A stretch of DNA of 60,964 bases from Candidatus Caenarcanum bioreactoricola (GTDB lineage: Bacteria > Cyanobacteriota > Vampirovibrionia > Caenarcaniphilales > Caenarcanaceae): the NCBI GenBank assembly GCA_001899385.1, contig MOYB01000001.1, forward strand, positions 124,173 through 185,136. Direction: 5' to 3'. The notes under the pieces were generated by a model. It made no database searches. It saw only the letters and a list, made by a program, of their open reading frames with translations, and had not been told where the DNA came from. This document shows positions 45,501 to 56,933 of this stretch, one piece after another. Both the position numbers and the translations under genes were made by a program. Position 1 is the first letter of the stretch. Every line of letters begins with the position of its first letter.

Positions 45501-48500
45501 ATGCCTATTATTCTTAGTAATTACAAACAGCTCAAAGATATTTCTAATTCTAATGTTATATTAAATGCACTAGATGATGGATATAATTATTATCTGAGTG
45601 CTTTAGCAGGAGAAGATATACTCAATGGAGCAAATAAAGCTGATGTGCTTTATGGTGGCGCTGGAAATGATACACTTCGGGGTAATGCAGGTAATGATTG
45701 TTTATATGGTGAAGCAGATAATGATATTCTCTATGGAGGCATAGGTAACGATACTTTAGAAGGTGGATTTGGGATAGATATTCTTTATGGTGAAGCAGGC
45801 AATGATAGACTTATTGGTGATGATGGAAATGATACAGTTCATGGAGGAACTGATGCTGATACTATATTAGGAGATAATGGAGAAGATATTCTTTATGGAG
45901 ATGAAGGAAATGATAGAATCTATGGAGGAAATGATAATGATATTCTTTATGGTGGACTAGGAAATGATTATCTCTATGGAGACGCTGGTTCAGATACATA
46001 TATATTTGAAGATAATTTTGGACGAGATTATATAATTGATGTAACAAAGATTACTTCTAAAACTTCATATTATGAAAATATTCTTGATTTTTCCGCAATG
46101 ACTCAAGCAATAACAGCAAATTTAAACGCAACAACTAATGCAATTACAAGTGGAACAAATAGTATAAATCTTAATACATCAAGTAAGTTTGGGAAAATAA
46201 CAGGAAGTCAAGCCAATGATACGATAACTGGGAATAATACTCAGTCTACGACTTTTCAGGGGGGGCTTGGAGATGATGTCTTCAATGGTGGAGATGGAAA
46301 TGATACATATGTTTATGCATTAAATGATGGTAATGACATAATCACAGACACAGGAGGGATAGACAATTTAGATTTAAGTGCTTTGATAGGGAATGTAAGT
46401 GGAATAATAAGAATAGTTAATGATTATGAAATAGAGTCTAGTCTTTGGACTAAAGATGGAAATAATTTAATATTAAATTTTGGTTCTAGCAATGTAATTA
46501 CGATAAATAATTTTTATACAACAGGAAGAATAGAAAATATTATTTTGAATACAAGTATAAATCAATCACCTATATTTTCAGGAGATAGAATTGCTGAAGT
46601 TAATGAAGGAAGTTTTTATATTTTAACTTCTAGTGATTTAAATACAACAGATATAGATAATACTAATGATGAACTTGTTTATACAATAAGTGGAATAACT
46701 AATGGAAATATTTTTGTTAATGGTATTCTTTCAAATACTTTTACTCAAGCTGATATAAACAATGAATTAGTTAGATTTGTACATGATGGCTCTGAAACTA
46801 CAGCTGCAAGTTTTAATTTTACAGTTAGTGATGGAACAAATACTTTAGTTTCTCAAGCTTTTGATATTATTGTTAATTCATTGAATAATATTACAAATCA
46901 ACTTTCAGGAGATTTTCTTGTTCCTACTACTAATACTAATAATCAATATCTTGCAGAACTAACAACTTTATCAAATGGTGGTTTTGTCGTTACTTGGCAA
47001 ACTAATGATGTTGGTTTTATTAATATTTTTGATATAAGAGGACGAGTGTTTAATGCGGATGGAAGTCCTGTTAATGCTTCTGATTTTGCTGTTTCTACTT
47101 CTAATATTAATAATCAAGTACATCCAGAAATAACAACTTTATCAAATGGAGGATTTGCGATTTCTTGGTATAGTAGCGATAATGGACTATATGATATAAG
47201 AGGACGCGTGTTTAATGCAGATGGAAGTCCTGTTAATGCTTCTGATATACTAGTTTCTACTAATAATACTAATTCTCAAGCATATTCACAAATAGTAAGT
47301 TTATCAAATGGAGGTTTTGTTATTGTTTGGCAAAGTGATGATAATAGTTCTTCAAATTATGATATAAAAGGAAGAGTATTTAATGCAGATGGAAGTCCTG
47401 TTAATGCTTCTGATATACTTATATCCACTTCTAATACTGATGTTCAACAAGCTCCACAAATAACAAGTTTAGAAAATGGAGGTTTTGTTATTACTTGGAA
47501 TAGTATGGATAATGGTTCTAATTATGATATAAGAGGACGAGTATTTAATGCAGATGGAAGTCCTGTTAATGCTTCTGATTTTGCTGTTTCTACTTCTAAT
47601 ACTAATAATCAATATGTTCCACAAATAACAAGTTTAGAAAATGGCGATTTTGTTATTTGCTGGTATAGCAATGATAATGGTTCTAATTATGATATAAGAG
47701 CAAGAGTATTCAATCCAGATGGAAGTCCTGTTAATGCTTCTGATATACTTATTTCTACTACCAATACTAGTAATCAAGGATATTCAGAAATAACAAGTTT
47801 AGAAAATGGAGGTTTTGTTATTGTTTGGCGAAGTTATGATAGTACTTCAAATTGGGATATAAGAGGACGAGTATTTAATGCAGATGGAACTCCTGTTAAT
47901 ACTGAAGATTTTGCTATTTCTACTTCTAATACTAATATTCAACAACTTCCACAAATAACAAAATTATTAAATGGAGGTTTTGTCGTTATTTGGGAAAGCA
48001 ATGATAATGGTTCTGATTATGATATAAGAGCAAGAGTATTTAATGCAGATGGTACAGCAGTTAATGCTTCTGACATATTAGTTTCTACTTCTAATATAGC
48101 TGCTCAAGAATATCCAGAAATAACAGTATTAGAAAATGATAATTTTGTTGTTGCTTGGGAAAGTAGTAATAATGGTTCTGATTATGATATAAGAGCAAGA
48201 ATATTTGATGCTAATGGCAATCCTCTTGATGATTTAATAGGTATAGGTACAATAAACAATGATTTATTAATGTCTCAAAGTACTTTAAAAGATATTCTTA
48301 TTGGTGATGCTGGCAATGATCTTTATATCTTTAAAAATATTTTTGGAACTGATATAGTTCGAGATACTTCAGGCATAGATTCCATAGACCTTTCAGATTT
48401 TACTTTAGCTTCTGCAACATTCATAAGACAAGAAGGAGCTATAACAGGCGGAGATGATTTATTTATAGATTTAGGAGCTAATGGAAGTATATTAATAGAA

Positions 48501-48614
48501 AAATATTTTACAGAAGATAGTGGAAGTGTTGCTGGTACTGGATTAATAGAAACTATTAGTTTCCAAGATGATTCTTCTGTTGATCTTGCTCAGATTGCTG
48601 CTATGGGTTTATAA
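45501..48614 (+). CDS. Large RTX-type calcium-binding repeat protein with a cadherin-like domain and about 8 propeller-like repeats
   Basis: An N-terminal block of about 13 GGxGxDxUx nonapeptides (residues about 43-170). Cadherin-like segment (NQSPIFSG...FNFTVSDG). Then 54-56-aa repeats RGRVFNADGSPVNASD..VST.NT..Q..P.IT.L.NGGFVI.W.S.DNGS.YDI. A second short RTX-like C-terminal region. Confidence 0.75.
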   Translation: MPIILSNYKQLKDISNSNVILNALDDGYNYYLSALAGEDILNGANKADVLYGGAGNDTLRGNAGNDCLYGEADNDILYGGIGNDTLEGGFGIDILYGEAGNDRLIGDDGNDTVHGGTDADTILGDNGEDILYGDEGNDRIYGGNDNDILYGGLGNDYLYGDAGSDTYIFEDNFGRDYIIDVTKITSKTSYYENILDFSAMTQAITANLNATTNAITSGTNSINLNTSSKFGKITGSQANDTITGNNTQSTTFQGGLGDDVFNGGDGNDTYVYALNDGNDIITDTGGIDNLDLSALIGNVSGIIRIVNDYEIESSLWTKDGNNLILNFGSSNVITINNFYTTGRIENIILNTSINQSPIFSGDRIAEVNEGSFYILTSSDLNTTDIDNTNDELVYTISGITNGNIFVNGILSNTFTQADINNELVRFVHDGSETTAASFNFTVSDGTNTLVSQAFDIIVNSLNNITNQLSGDFLVPTTNTNNQYLAELTTLSNGGFVVTWQTNDVGFINIFDIRGRVFNADGSPVNASDFAVSTSNINNQVHPEITTLSNGGFAISWYSSDNGLYDIRGRVFNADGSPVNASDILVSTNNTNSQAYSQIVSLSNGGFVIVWQSDDNSSSNYDIKGRVFNADGSPVNASDILISTSNTDVQQAPQITSLENGGFVITWNSMDNGSNYDIRGRVFNADGSPVNASDFAVSTSNTNNQYVPQITSLENGDFVICWYSNDNGSNYDIRARVFNPDGSPVNASDILISTTNTSNQGYSEITSLENGGFVIVWRSYDSTSNWDIRGRVFNADGTPVNTEDFAISTSNTNIQQLPQITKLLNGGFVVIWESNDNGSDYDIRARVFNADGTAVNASDILVSTSNIAAQEYPEITVLENDNFVVAWESSNNGSDYDIRARIFDANGNPLDDLIGIGTINNDLLMSQSTLKDILIGDAGNDLYIFKNIFGTDIVRDTSGIDSIDLSDFTLASATFIRQEGAITGGDDLFIDLGANGSILIEKYFTEDSGSVAGTGLIETISFQDDSSVDLAQIAAMGL
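46908..48233 (+). repeat. Tandem coding repeats (162-168 bp units, about 8 copies) inside the RTX protein gene
   Basis: Units start at 47037, 47199, 47367, 47532, 47697, 47862, 48027 and 48192. Long nucleotide-identical stretches such as AGAGTATTTAATGCAGATGGAAGTCCTGTTAATGCTTCTGAT. Confidence 0.85.
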
Positions 48615-48625
48615 GGAGAATTTAT

Positions 48626-51600
48626 TTACATCTCTTGTAAAGCCATTACTGATAATTTCCCGTTAGTTTGTCCTATTGATTTGAGTGCTTCAACTGTTGC
48701 CTTTGCCCCTGCTAATGTTGTTATTAAAGGTAAATCAAGCAATACAGCAAGCCTTCTTATTGACATATTGTCTTGTAATGCTTCTTTTCCAGAAGGTAAA
48801 TTTATTAATACTGAGATCTTTCTATCTGTAAGATAATTTAAAATATTTGGGGAAGATTCTTTTGCTTTTCTCATAAGAATAGTTTCAAGTCCTTTTTCTT
48901 TTAAATAATTAAATGTCCCTTCTGTACAGTAAACTTGATAACCTAATTCTTTAAGATCTTTTGTCATAGATACTGCATATTCTTTTTCTTCGTCATTTAT
49001 ACTTAAGAATACTGAAAGATTTGATGACATAAGATTTTGTCCCGCGGCAATTTGTCCTTTTGCAAAAGCTAAACCAAAAGTTTTATCAATTCCCATAACT
49101 TCTCCTGTTGATCTCATCTCTGGTCCTAAACTTATTTCACATCCAGGGAATTTTTTAAAAGGTAAGACTGCTTCTTTTACTGCAACAATGCCTTTTTTCG
49201 TAAATTCTTTTATATCAAAACCTTCTTTCGGAAGTAATCCTAAATCTTTTATTTCTTCAAAACTTTTACCTCCCATTAATAAACTTCCAACCTTTGCCCA
49301 AGGAATATTTATTACTTTTGAAACAAACGGTACTGTTCTTGACGCTCTAGGATTAACTTCTAGAATATATATTTTACCTTCTTTTACTGCAAACTGTATA
49401 TTCATAAGTCCTACAACTTTTAATTCTTCTGCTAAAAGTTTAGTTGCTTTAATTATTTCATCAACTTCTGTTTCATTAAGGGTTTGTACTGGCAAAGAAC
49501 AAGAACTATCCCCACTATGAATGCCAGCCCTCTCAATATGTTCTAATATTCCGGCTATTATTGTGGTTTTTCCGTCTGATACACAGTCAGCATCTATTTC
49601 TATTGCTTCATCTAAAAATTTATCTATAAGTATTGGGAAAATTAAATCCATTTCCTGAGTATTTTTTATCCAAATTAATAATTCTTCTTTATCATAAATA
49701 ATTTGCATTGCTTGTCCGCCAATCACAAAACTAGGTCGAACTAAAGCAGGATAACCTATTTCTTCAACTTTACTTAAAACTTCTTCATAAGAAAGTGCTA
49801 TTGTACTAGGAGGTTGATTAAGTCCTAATTTTTTTATTATATTATTAAATTCATCACGATTTTCAGCTTTTTCTATTTGAGAAACTGGAGTACCTAAGAT
49901 TTTTACTCCATTAGCTTCAAGTCCTTTAGCTATATTTAGAGGAGTTTGACCGCCTAGCTGTACAATTACCCCTAAAGGTTTTTCTTGTTCATAGATTTCA
50001 AGTACATCTTCAACTGTTATAGGTTCAAAATATAATCTATCTGAAGTATCAAAATCTGTTGAAACTGTTTCAGGATTTGAATTAATCATAATAGTTTCAA
50101 AACCTGCTTGTCTAAGTGCCATACTTGCATGAACACAACAATAATCAAATTCAATACCTTGTCCTATTCTATTGGGACCTCCTCCTATTATTATTATTTT
50201 ATTTCTATCAGATTTTATTACTTCATTTTCTTGTTCGTATGTTGAATAATAATAAGGAGTCTTTGATTCTATTTCACCTGCACAAGTATCTATCATTTTA
50301 AAGACAGGTCTCACTCCTTTTTCATATCTAATTTTTCTTATTTCATTTTCTGTTGTATTAAATATTAAAGCAAGTTGAGAATCACTAAATCCCTGTGCCT
50401 TTATTTCAAAAAGCTCTTCTTTAGAAAGCAATCTTATATCATTATTTCTTAAATTACATTGTCTTTGATATATATTAAATAAATGAGTTAAAAACCATTT
50501 ATCAATTTTTGTAGCAAAAAAAATATCTTCTATAGATGCTCCTAAAGAGAAAGCTTGCCAAACATATTTTATTCTTGAAGCTGATGCTGGCTTGGAGAGA
50601 AGATTTAATAAACTTTCTTTTGTAGTATTTTCACTTATTTTAAAAGGTCCAAAACCATTCCATCCAGTTTCAAGTCCACGAAGAGCCTTTTGAAAAGATT
50701 CCTGAAAAGTTCGTCCTATAGCCATAACTTCCCCTACAGACTTCATTTGTGTACCAAGTTTATCTTCACTTCCGGGGAATTTTTGAAAAGCGAATCTAGG
50801 AATTTTAGTAACAACATAGTCTATACTAGGTTCAAAAGCAGAGGAAGTAGTTTTAGTTATTTCATTAGGCAATTCATCAAGAGTATAACCAATAGCAAGC
50901 TTTGCGGCGATTTTAGCAATAGGATAACCAGTTGCTTTACTTGCTAAGGCGCTTGAACGACTAACCCTAGGATTCATTTCAATAACAATAATACGTCCAT
51001 TTTCAGGATTAATAGCAAATTGAATATTTGATCCGCCAGATTCAATGCCTACTGCTCTTATTATTTTAATTGCTTGATCTCTTAGATTTTGATATTCTTT
51101 ATCAGTAAGAGTTTGAGCAGGGGCAACAGTTATAGAATCACCAGTATGCACGCCCATTGGATCAAGATTTTCTATTGAACAGATTATTGCTACATTATCA
51201 GCAAGATCTCTCATAACTTCAAGTTCAAATTCTTTCCAACCTTGGAGATTTTCTTCTAATAATACCTGACTTGTAGGACTTTCATTTAATGCCTTCCTTA
51301 ACAAACTTTCAAATTCTTCTTGATTATCAGCGATACCACCACCACTTCCTCCCAAAGTAAAAGCAGGTCTAAGAATAACTGGAAAACCTATTTGATTTAT
51401 AACTTTTAGTCCTTCATTAAAATTTGAGACTATTTCAGACTTAGGGGATTCAAGACCGATTTCTTCTATTACTTTTTTAAATAAAGCTCTATCTTCAGCA
51501 AGTTTTATTGCTTTTAATTTTGCTCCAATTAATTCAACATTATATTTTTCAAGAGTGCCATCTTCAGCTAAAGCAACTGCTATATTTAAACTAGTTTGTC

Positions 51601-51874
51601 CGCCCATAGTAGGAAGTAAAGCATCTGGTCTTTCTTTTTCTATTATTCTAGCTACAAATTCAGGAGTAATAGGTTCTATATATGTTTTATCTGCAAATTC
51701 TGGATCAGTCATTATAGTTGCAGGATTTGAGTTAATAAGCACAACTTCATAACCTTCTTGTTTAAGTGCTTTGCAAGCTTGTGTCCCAGAGTAATCAAAT
51801 TCACATGCTTGACCTATAATTATTGGACCAGCGCCTACAATTAATATTTTTTTTATATCAGTTCTTTTGGGCAT
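48626..51874 (-). CDS. carB: Carbamoyl-phosphate synthase large subunit
   Basis: 1082 aa. Duplicated ATP-grasp halves ([21 protein letters not shown] and [20 protein letters not shown]) and a C-terminal MGS-like domain. Confidence 0.95.
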   Translation of the reverse strand: MPKRTDIKKILIVGAGPIIIGQACEFDYSGTQACKALKQEGYEVVLINSNPATIMTDPEFADKTYIEPITPEFVARIIEKERPDALLPTMGGQTSLNIAVALAEDGTLEKYNVELIGAKLKAIKLAEDRALFKKVIEEIGLESPKSEIVSNFNEGLKVINQIGFPVILRPAFTLGGSGGGIADNQEEFESLLRKALNESPTSQVLLEENLQGWKEFELEVMRDLADNVAIICSIENLDPMGVHTGDSITVAPAQTLTDKEYQNLRDQAIKIIRAVGIESGGSNIQFAINPENGRIIVIEMNPRVSRSSALASKATGYPIAKIAAKLAIGYTLDELPNEITKTTSSAFEPSIDYVVTKIPRFAFQKFPGSEDKLGTQMKSVGEVMAIGRTFQESFQKALRGLETGWNGFGPFKISENTTKESLLNLLSKPASASRIKYVWQAFSLGASIEDIFFATKIDKWFLTHLFNIYQRQCNLRNNDIRLLSKEELFEIKAQGFSDSQLALIFNTTENEIRKIRYEKGVRPVFKMIDTCAGEIESKTPYYYSTYEQENEVIKSDRNKIIIIGGGPNRIGQGIEFDYCCVHASMALRQAGFETIMINSNPETVSTDFDTSDRLYFEPITVEDVLEIYEQEKPLGVIVQLGGQTPLNIAKGLEANGVKILGTPVSQIEKAENRDEFNNIIKKLGLNQPPSTIALSYEEVLSKVEEIGYPALVRPSFVIGGQAMQIIYDKEELLIWIKNTQEMDLIFPILIDKFLDEAIEIDADCVSDGKTTIIAGILEHIERAGIHSGDSSCSLPVQTLNETEVDEIIKATKLLAEELKVVGLMNIQFAVKEGKIYILEVNPRASRTVPFVSKVINIPWAKVGSLLMGGKSFEEIKDLGLLPKEGFDIKEFTKKGIVAVKEAVLPFKKFPGCEISLGPEMRSTGEVMGIDKTFGLAFAKGQIAAGQNLMSSNLSVFLSINDEEKEYAVSMTKDLKELGYQVYCTEGTFNYLKEKGLETILMRKAKESSPNILNYLTDRKISVLINLPSGKEALQDNMSIRRLAVLLDLPLITTLAGAKATVEALKSIGQTNGKLSVMALQEM

Positions 51875-51954
51875 TTAATTAAAAAAATAATTATTTACTG
51901 GAAATAAATTATAATCGAATTAATTAGACATTAGAATATAAATTAAATTTAAGA

Positions 51955-53997
51955 TTATTTTTTTACAGCTTTATTCTTTGCTTCTCTTTCTGCTTCTTCT
52001 GCTCTTGCTCTTGCTAATTCTGCCTGTCTTGCTTTTTCATATTCAATAGCTTGTTTTCTTGCTATTAAATCTTGTTCTTTTTGTTTTAAACTAGCAAATT
52101 CTTGTTGTGCTTGTTGTAATTCTTCTTGTATTTGTTGTAATTGTTCTCTTAAAGGTTGATTTTCTCGATTTTTTTCCATTAATTCAGCTTCATATTCTTC
52201 CCGATCTTCTGCTAATTTTTTTTGTTTAGCTTCTATTGTTGCAGTAATTAAACCTATAGATGCCGTTATTTTTGAAATCTGTGTTTCTATTTCTACTTTA
52301 TTTCCTTCAGTATTTTCAATTTTTGCCTTAGCAAGTTGTATTTTTTTACTAGCATCTTCAATTTGTTTTTTTAATTTTTGTATTTGTTGAGTTAAATCGA
52401 GAATTTTATTTGAAGCTTTAATTCCAATTTCAATATTATCAGGAATTATAAATATAAAATTTTCTTCTCCTAATTCATTCATAAAAGCATTAATATCTTC
52501 TTCTGTACTTAAAGAATTAATATGATCTTTTTTAATTGGATTATTATTTTTATCTTTAAGTAATGCTATGTTTTCAGTAAGTATGTATTTAGCTAAATCA
52601 ACAGGACTTGAACAATACATGTCTGAGTAAATTTCTTTGTCTGCACAAAAGTTTTTTTGTATTTCTTTTACTTCTGTCATAAAATCATTTTTTTCATTAA
52701 TTCTTAAGAATACATTTGATTTAATAAATCCATATAAAATATTAGGAATAATAATATCTTCTATTTTTTTCTCTTCTAAATTTTTATTTGCTAAAGATAA
52801 AAGGTTATAAATAAAAGCATTAATATTTTCTTCTTTTAATTCAAGACTTTTAAAAAGCCCTTTAAAATCAATTATTTTAGCAATTTCAAAAACTAAACTT
52901 TTATAATCTTTAAGATTTTTTTTATCAAAAGAATTTATATCTCTAAGCTTTACACCTTCCAAAGGAGCTTTAAAACCTTGCGGAACATCAAGTTCTGTTT
53001 TTTTTTGAATTTCAGAAAAATTATTAGAAGTTTTCCCTTCTTGAATAGTTTTTGCAGTTTCCATTACTATTGATTTATATATTAAACCTAATAATAATAA
53101 ACTTTCTGTATTACATTCTCCCAAATTAAGACTTGAAGATTCTTTAATTGAAAGTGTTGAATATAATCTTAATCTTTTAGCAATATAATGTGCTAATTCT
53201 AAAGCTCCAATATCTTTTTCTCTTATTGAAACAATATTTGTTTTTGAATCATAAGTAAATCTAGCATCATGTCTAAATTTTTCTTCAGATACTAAATTAG
53301 CTGGAATAATTATATCCTTTTTCTGTTCTAAATTTTTTTTATGTCGTTCTAAATATCTTATAAGTAATAATTCAGTATTTCCTATAAAATTTTTATCTGT
53401 TTTAGTTAAATCAGGATTATTTCTAACTGAATTATAAATCAATATATTATTTACTATATTTGGAAAATTTCTATTTTTTTCAACTTTTAAATTCTGTCTA
53501 TTTTGTTGTTCATCTCCTAAATATGCAAAGTTCCAAGTAACATATTCTTTTGGTTTTCCTCTTCTTAAATCTTTAGTTATTCCTTCTTGTGGATAAGCTA
53601 ATCCAATAGGGATTTTTATTTCTAAATTATTTGTTAAGCCTTCATTTATATTAAATTTACGAGAAGAAACGCTCTCTTCTAAATTAGGTCCTAATCCAAA
53701 TTCAATGTCAGATTCATTATAAGCCATAATTAATTGAGCTACTATTCTTACAAAATCAGTATCTTCTTTTAAATTTTCAGGAGTAAATCTTTCTGCTATT
53801 TTAAAATATGTATTTAAGTCTGAAGTTGTAGAAAATAAAGAAAACCCTTGTTCTTTTTCTTTTTTGCTCGATTTTTGTTGAATACTTGAAGAATCAGCAG
53901 TTTCTGGAATTGCTTTATCTGCTTGTTCGCTAGGTACTGATACTGCAGCTCCAACGAGAGTATTAGGAGAAAAATAGGGGAAATTTAACCAAACCAT
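51955..53997 (-). CDS. Hypothetical 680-aa protein with a C-terminal coiled coil of about 170 aa
   Basis: No signal peptide and no recognised catalytic motif. Recurrent hydrophobic-I-I-P-x-N motifs (IIIPANLV, IIIPNILY, FIIPDNIE). The C-terminus is Gln/Glu/Lys/Ala heptad-rich. Confidence 0.5.
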   Translation of the reverse strand: MVWLNFPYFSPNTLVGAAVSVPSEQADKAIPETADSSSIQQKSSKKEKEQGFSLFSTTSDLNTYFKIAERFTPENLKEDTDFVRIVAQLIMAYNESDIEFGLGPNLEESVSSRKFNINEGLTNNLEIKIPIGLAYPQEGITKDLRRGKPKEYVTWNFAYLGDEQQNRQNLKVEKNRNFPNIVNNILIYNSVRNNPDLTKTDKNFIGNTELLLIRYLERHKKNLEQKKDIIIPANLVSEEKFRHDARFTYDSKTNIVSIREKDIGALELAHYIAKRLRLYSTLSIKESSSLNLGECNTESLLLLGLIYKSIVMETAKTIQEGKTSNNFSEIQKKTELDVPQGFKAPLEGVKLRDINSFDKKNLKDYKSLVFEIAKIIDFKGLFKSLELKEENINAFIYNLLSLANKNLEEKKIEDIIIPNILYGFIKSNVFLRINEKNDFMTEVKEIQKNFCADKEIYSDMYCSSPVDLAKYILTENIALLKDKNNNPIKKDHINSLSTEEDINAFMNELGEENFIFIIPDNIEIGIKASNKILDLTQQIQKLKKQIEDASKKIQLAKAKIENTEGNKVEIETQISKITASIGLITATIEAKQKKLAEDREEYEAELMEKNRENQPLREQLQQIQEELQQAQQEFASLKQKEQDLIARKQAIEYEKARQAELARARAEEAEREAKNKAVKK

Positions 53998-54156
53998 TAT
54001 TATATAAAAAGTAAGATTTAATATATATATATTTCATATTAATTATTAAAAATAGACTAAGAGAAAAATTAAAAAAAATAAAGAATAAACATAATTAAAA
54101 ATTAATATTAATAAATAAAGATATTTACATATCACAGCTTAATAATTATAAAAATA

Positions 54157-56847
54157 ATGGCAGGTTTTTTTGAGACAATTGGCAATTACTGGTCAGCACC
54201 AAAATGTGGTTTTTTTAATAAGGAAACTGATATTTCTTATGTAAATCTCCGCTTAAAAAAAGACTATGCAAATTATGGAGATTTTATAAAACAAGAATTA
54301 GTTTCAGATTTTGAAAGAGACAATGTAGAAGATTCTTTAATTACTATTACTGCAACTATTTTAAGAAATTTCCCAGGGAATTCAGATACAAATTCTATAT
54401 TAAGCTCTGGGAATATGATTAGAGTTCCAACTACGCTACTAAAAGAAGAGCATAAAAGAACTCCAAATTACAAAGACAAAATAAAAAATTTAACTTTGGA
54501 AGAAGTAGAAAAATTTACACCTCCAGATCGTAAAAGTTATATATATTCCACTAAAACTGCACAATTAGGAGAACAAGGACAAAATATAAAGCAATTAGTT
54601 GATGAATTTGTAAAAGATAGTAATGCAAATGGATTTATAGATTTTTTTGATCGAGTTCAAAAAACAATTCCTACTATTATAAGAACTTATCCTCGAAATC
54701 CTCATTGTAAGTCTGAAGAACTTTATGAAAGAGAAGATCTTTATTTACCAGCATCTCTTCTTCCTATTGTTAATGAAGAGGATAGACGGATTATTGAAGG
54801 TTTTCCAGTTGTTGAATTACCTGAAAAAATTAATAATACTAATACTCCTGATTCTAAAGAAGAAAAACCTCAAGCTTTTATTCCTAGTCCACCTACTTAT
54901 TTAAAAGAATTTGTAGCAGCTTTAGGATCTCTTCCTAAAAAAATTAGTTTAAGAAATGATAAGAATTCTTCTAGTCTTACAATTAAAGATTTTGTAGAAA
55001 AAGTTTTTCCTAGTTTAAAGATTAATTTATCTGAAAATTCAAAAAAGGATCCTGATTTTTTAAAATTTGTAGAAGATTCTTTAAAACAAGCTAATCCTGA
55101 AATAGAATTTATTACAAATAAAGAAGGGGAAAGCGCATTTAAGCTTAAAGAAGGGAAAAACCCAATAAATTTAGAAGCTTTATCTGCAAAGGCACAAAAT
55201 GAAGCAGCTAGTTGTATTAAAGTTAATGAAGATTCTCAAAATCTAAATAATTTAGCAGAATATATAAAAGAAGAAATGAATGAACTCTATAAATTAATAG
55301 GTGAAACTAAACTTATTAAAACAAAAGAAGCTGATAAAGAAGCATATAATAAAGATATTTTAAAAATATCACAGACTTTACAAGATGCAAATCCTCAAAT
55401 TAAAAATGAAGAAGGAGTATTATTTTGGACTAAAACTAAATGTGCTGAAAATATAGAAGAAGTAAAAGGTAAAAAATTAGAAAAAGGACAAGAATTACTT
55501 ATTCCACCAATTTATGCAAGTTTAATTGCTAAAAAAAATAAGATAAAAGAATTATTAAAAGAAATTAAAAATTACGAAGAAGAAATACAAAAATTAGAAG
55601 GTGATTTAAAAACACAAGAGGATCTTTTAAAATCTAATGTTGAAAATTTAGCTTCTGTACAAGCAGAATTAGATAAAGTTAAAGCAGAGCAGAATCAAAC
55701 AAATCAAAAAGAACAACAACTTTTAAATGAAGAACAACAATTAAATCAATGGCATCAAGAACAGAGAGCTAGGTTTATAATTGAAAATGATCAATTAAAA
55801 AATGATATAAAATATACACAACAAACAATTGCCTATTTTCAATCTGAAAAACAACAATTAACAGGGCAACTTCAACAATTAGGTGCTGAGATTAATCAAT
55901 CAGAAAGTAGTTATCCTAGCTCTAGCCCTAGTCGTCCTGAACGCCCAATCTCCCCCCAAGAAAATCCTACTGAAGAAGAACAACCACCTGTTAGAGCATG
56001 GGCAGATTCTACTCCTGTGCCTGAGATAACTATTGGTCAAGCAACAACAAAAGGCGAAATAAATTATATTAATTCAACTTCGATAGATCCTTCAGGTATT
56101 CCTATTTTAAGATTTAGTGAATTAGAAACTCATATTAATAATATAGATTCTTATATAAATAATGGAATTCAAAGATGTCCTTATCTTTATTATCCAGATG
56201 ATCTAATACCTCCAGAGGAACCACTTGATGGAGCAGCTTATAGTGAAATAATAAAAAAATTAAGAGATAATGGATTAGAGATTAATGATCCTAAAGTTAT
56301 AAAAGCTTTTATTGAAATGGGTCCTTGGTTAATAAATTATGAACTTGACAATAACTATCCAGTTTTTGATAGAAAAGTTGCTCTTATGGCTCTTTTAAAT
56401 AGATTAAATGCTCTAAATAATAAATTCAATGCGGAAGATTGGCAAACATTATGTTATTTAGTTTTAAATAATATTGATCCAGAAATTACTTCTTGGAATA
56501 AAGGTGATATTAGTGATTGGAATGGATTAGTTAAAAAAGGAGTTTTCGCTAAAGGTAAATACCTAAGAGCAGCATTTAATTCATTAAAAGAATCTAAAAG
56601 TGCCGAATTGTCATCTTCTAGCATTTTATTACAAAATTATCGAGAAAATTATATGAAATATGCACAAGCAATAATTGAAATATTAAATGGAGATTTTAAT
56701 GCTACGACACAAGATGGTACAGTTTATAATTTAAAAAAGACATTTAGTTTTAATCATGGATTAGGAAATATATATCAAAATGAAAATTTTTCTGGAACTG
56801 GAAATTATGGTAGAAATAAAAATGATATAACTTTTGCTTTTAAATAA
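54157..56847 (+). CDS. Hypothetical 896-aa protein with a central coiled coil, Pro/Ser linker and C-terminal globular domain
   Basis: LLIPPIYASLIAKKNKIKELL leads into about 135 aa of Gln-rich coiled coil. Then SSYPSSSPSRPERPISPQENPTEEEQPP. Then a domain of about 290 aa. Divergent from 51955..53997. Confidence 0.5.
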   Translation: MAGFFETIGNYWSAPKCGFFNKETDISYVNLRLKKDYANYGDFIKQELVSDFERDNVEDSLITITATILRNFPGNSDTNSILSSGNMIRVPTTLLKEEHKRTPNYKDKIKNLTLEEVEKFTPPDRKSYIYSTKTAQLGEQGQNIKQLVDEFVKDSNANGFIDFFDRVQKTIPTIIRTYPRNPHCKSEELYEREDLYLPASLLPIVNEEDRRIIEGFPVVELPEKINNTNTPDSKEEKPQAFIPSPPTYLKEFVAALGSLPKKISLRNDKNSSSLTIKDFVEKVFPSLKINLSENSKKDPDFLKFVEDSLKQANPEIEFITNKEGESAFKLKEGKNPINLEALSAKAQNEAASCIKVNEDSQNLNNLAEYIKEEMNELYKLIGETKLIKTKEADKEAYNKDILKISQTLQDANPQIKNEEGVLFWTKTKCAENIEEVKGKKLEKGQELLIPPIYASLIAKKNKIKELLKEIKNYEEEIQKLEGDLKTQEDLLKSNVENLASVQAELDKVKAEQNQTNQKEQQLLNEEQQLNQWHQEQRARFIIENDQLKNDIKYTQQTIAYFQSEKQQLTGQLQQLGAEINQSESSYPSSSPSRPERPISPQENPTEEEQPPVRAWADSTPVPEITIGQATTKGEINYINSTSIDPSGIPILRFSELETHINNIDSYINNGIQRCPYLYYPDDLIPPEEPLDGAAYSEIIKKLRDNGLEINDPKVIKAFIEMGPWLINYELDNNYPVFDRKVALMALLNRLNALNNKFNAEDWQTLCYLVLNNIDPEITSWNKGDISDWNGLVKKGVFAKGKYLRAAFNSLKESKSAELSSSSILLQNYRENYMKYAQAIIEILNGDFNATTQDGTVYNLKKTFSFNHGLGNIYQNENFSGTGNYGRNKNDITFAFK

Positions 56848-56933
56848 TTAAATATATATTTTCAAGATATTCTTAAAACAAAGCGAATAAACAAAATTTA
56901 TCTTAAAATATTTAAAACAATAAATTTATTCAA

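Noticed and set aside
46908-48233. Regular 165-bp DNA repeats considered as a CRISPR-like or satellite array.
   Set aside because: The repeats are contiguous with no spacers. They stay in one open reading frame and encode a coherent protein repeat, so they are coding tandem repeats.
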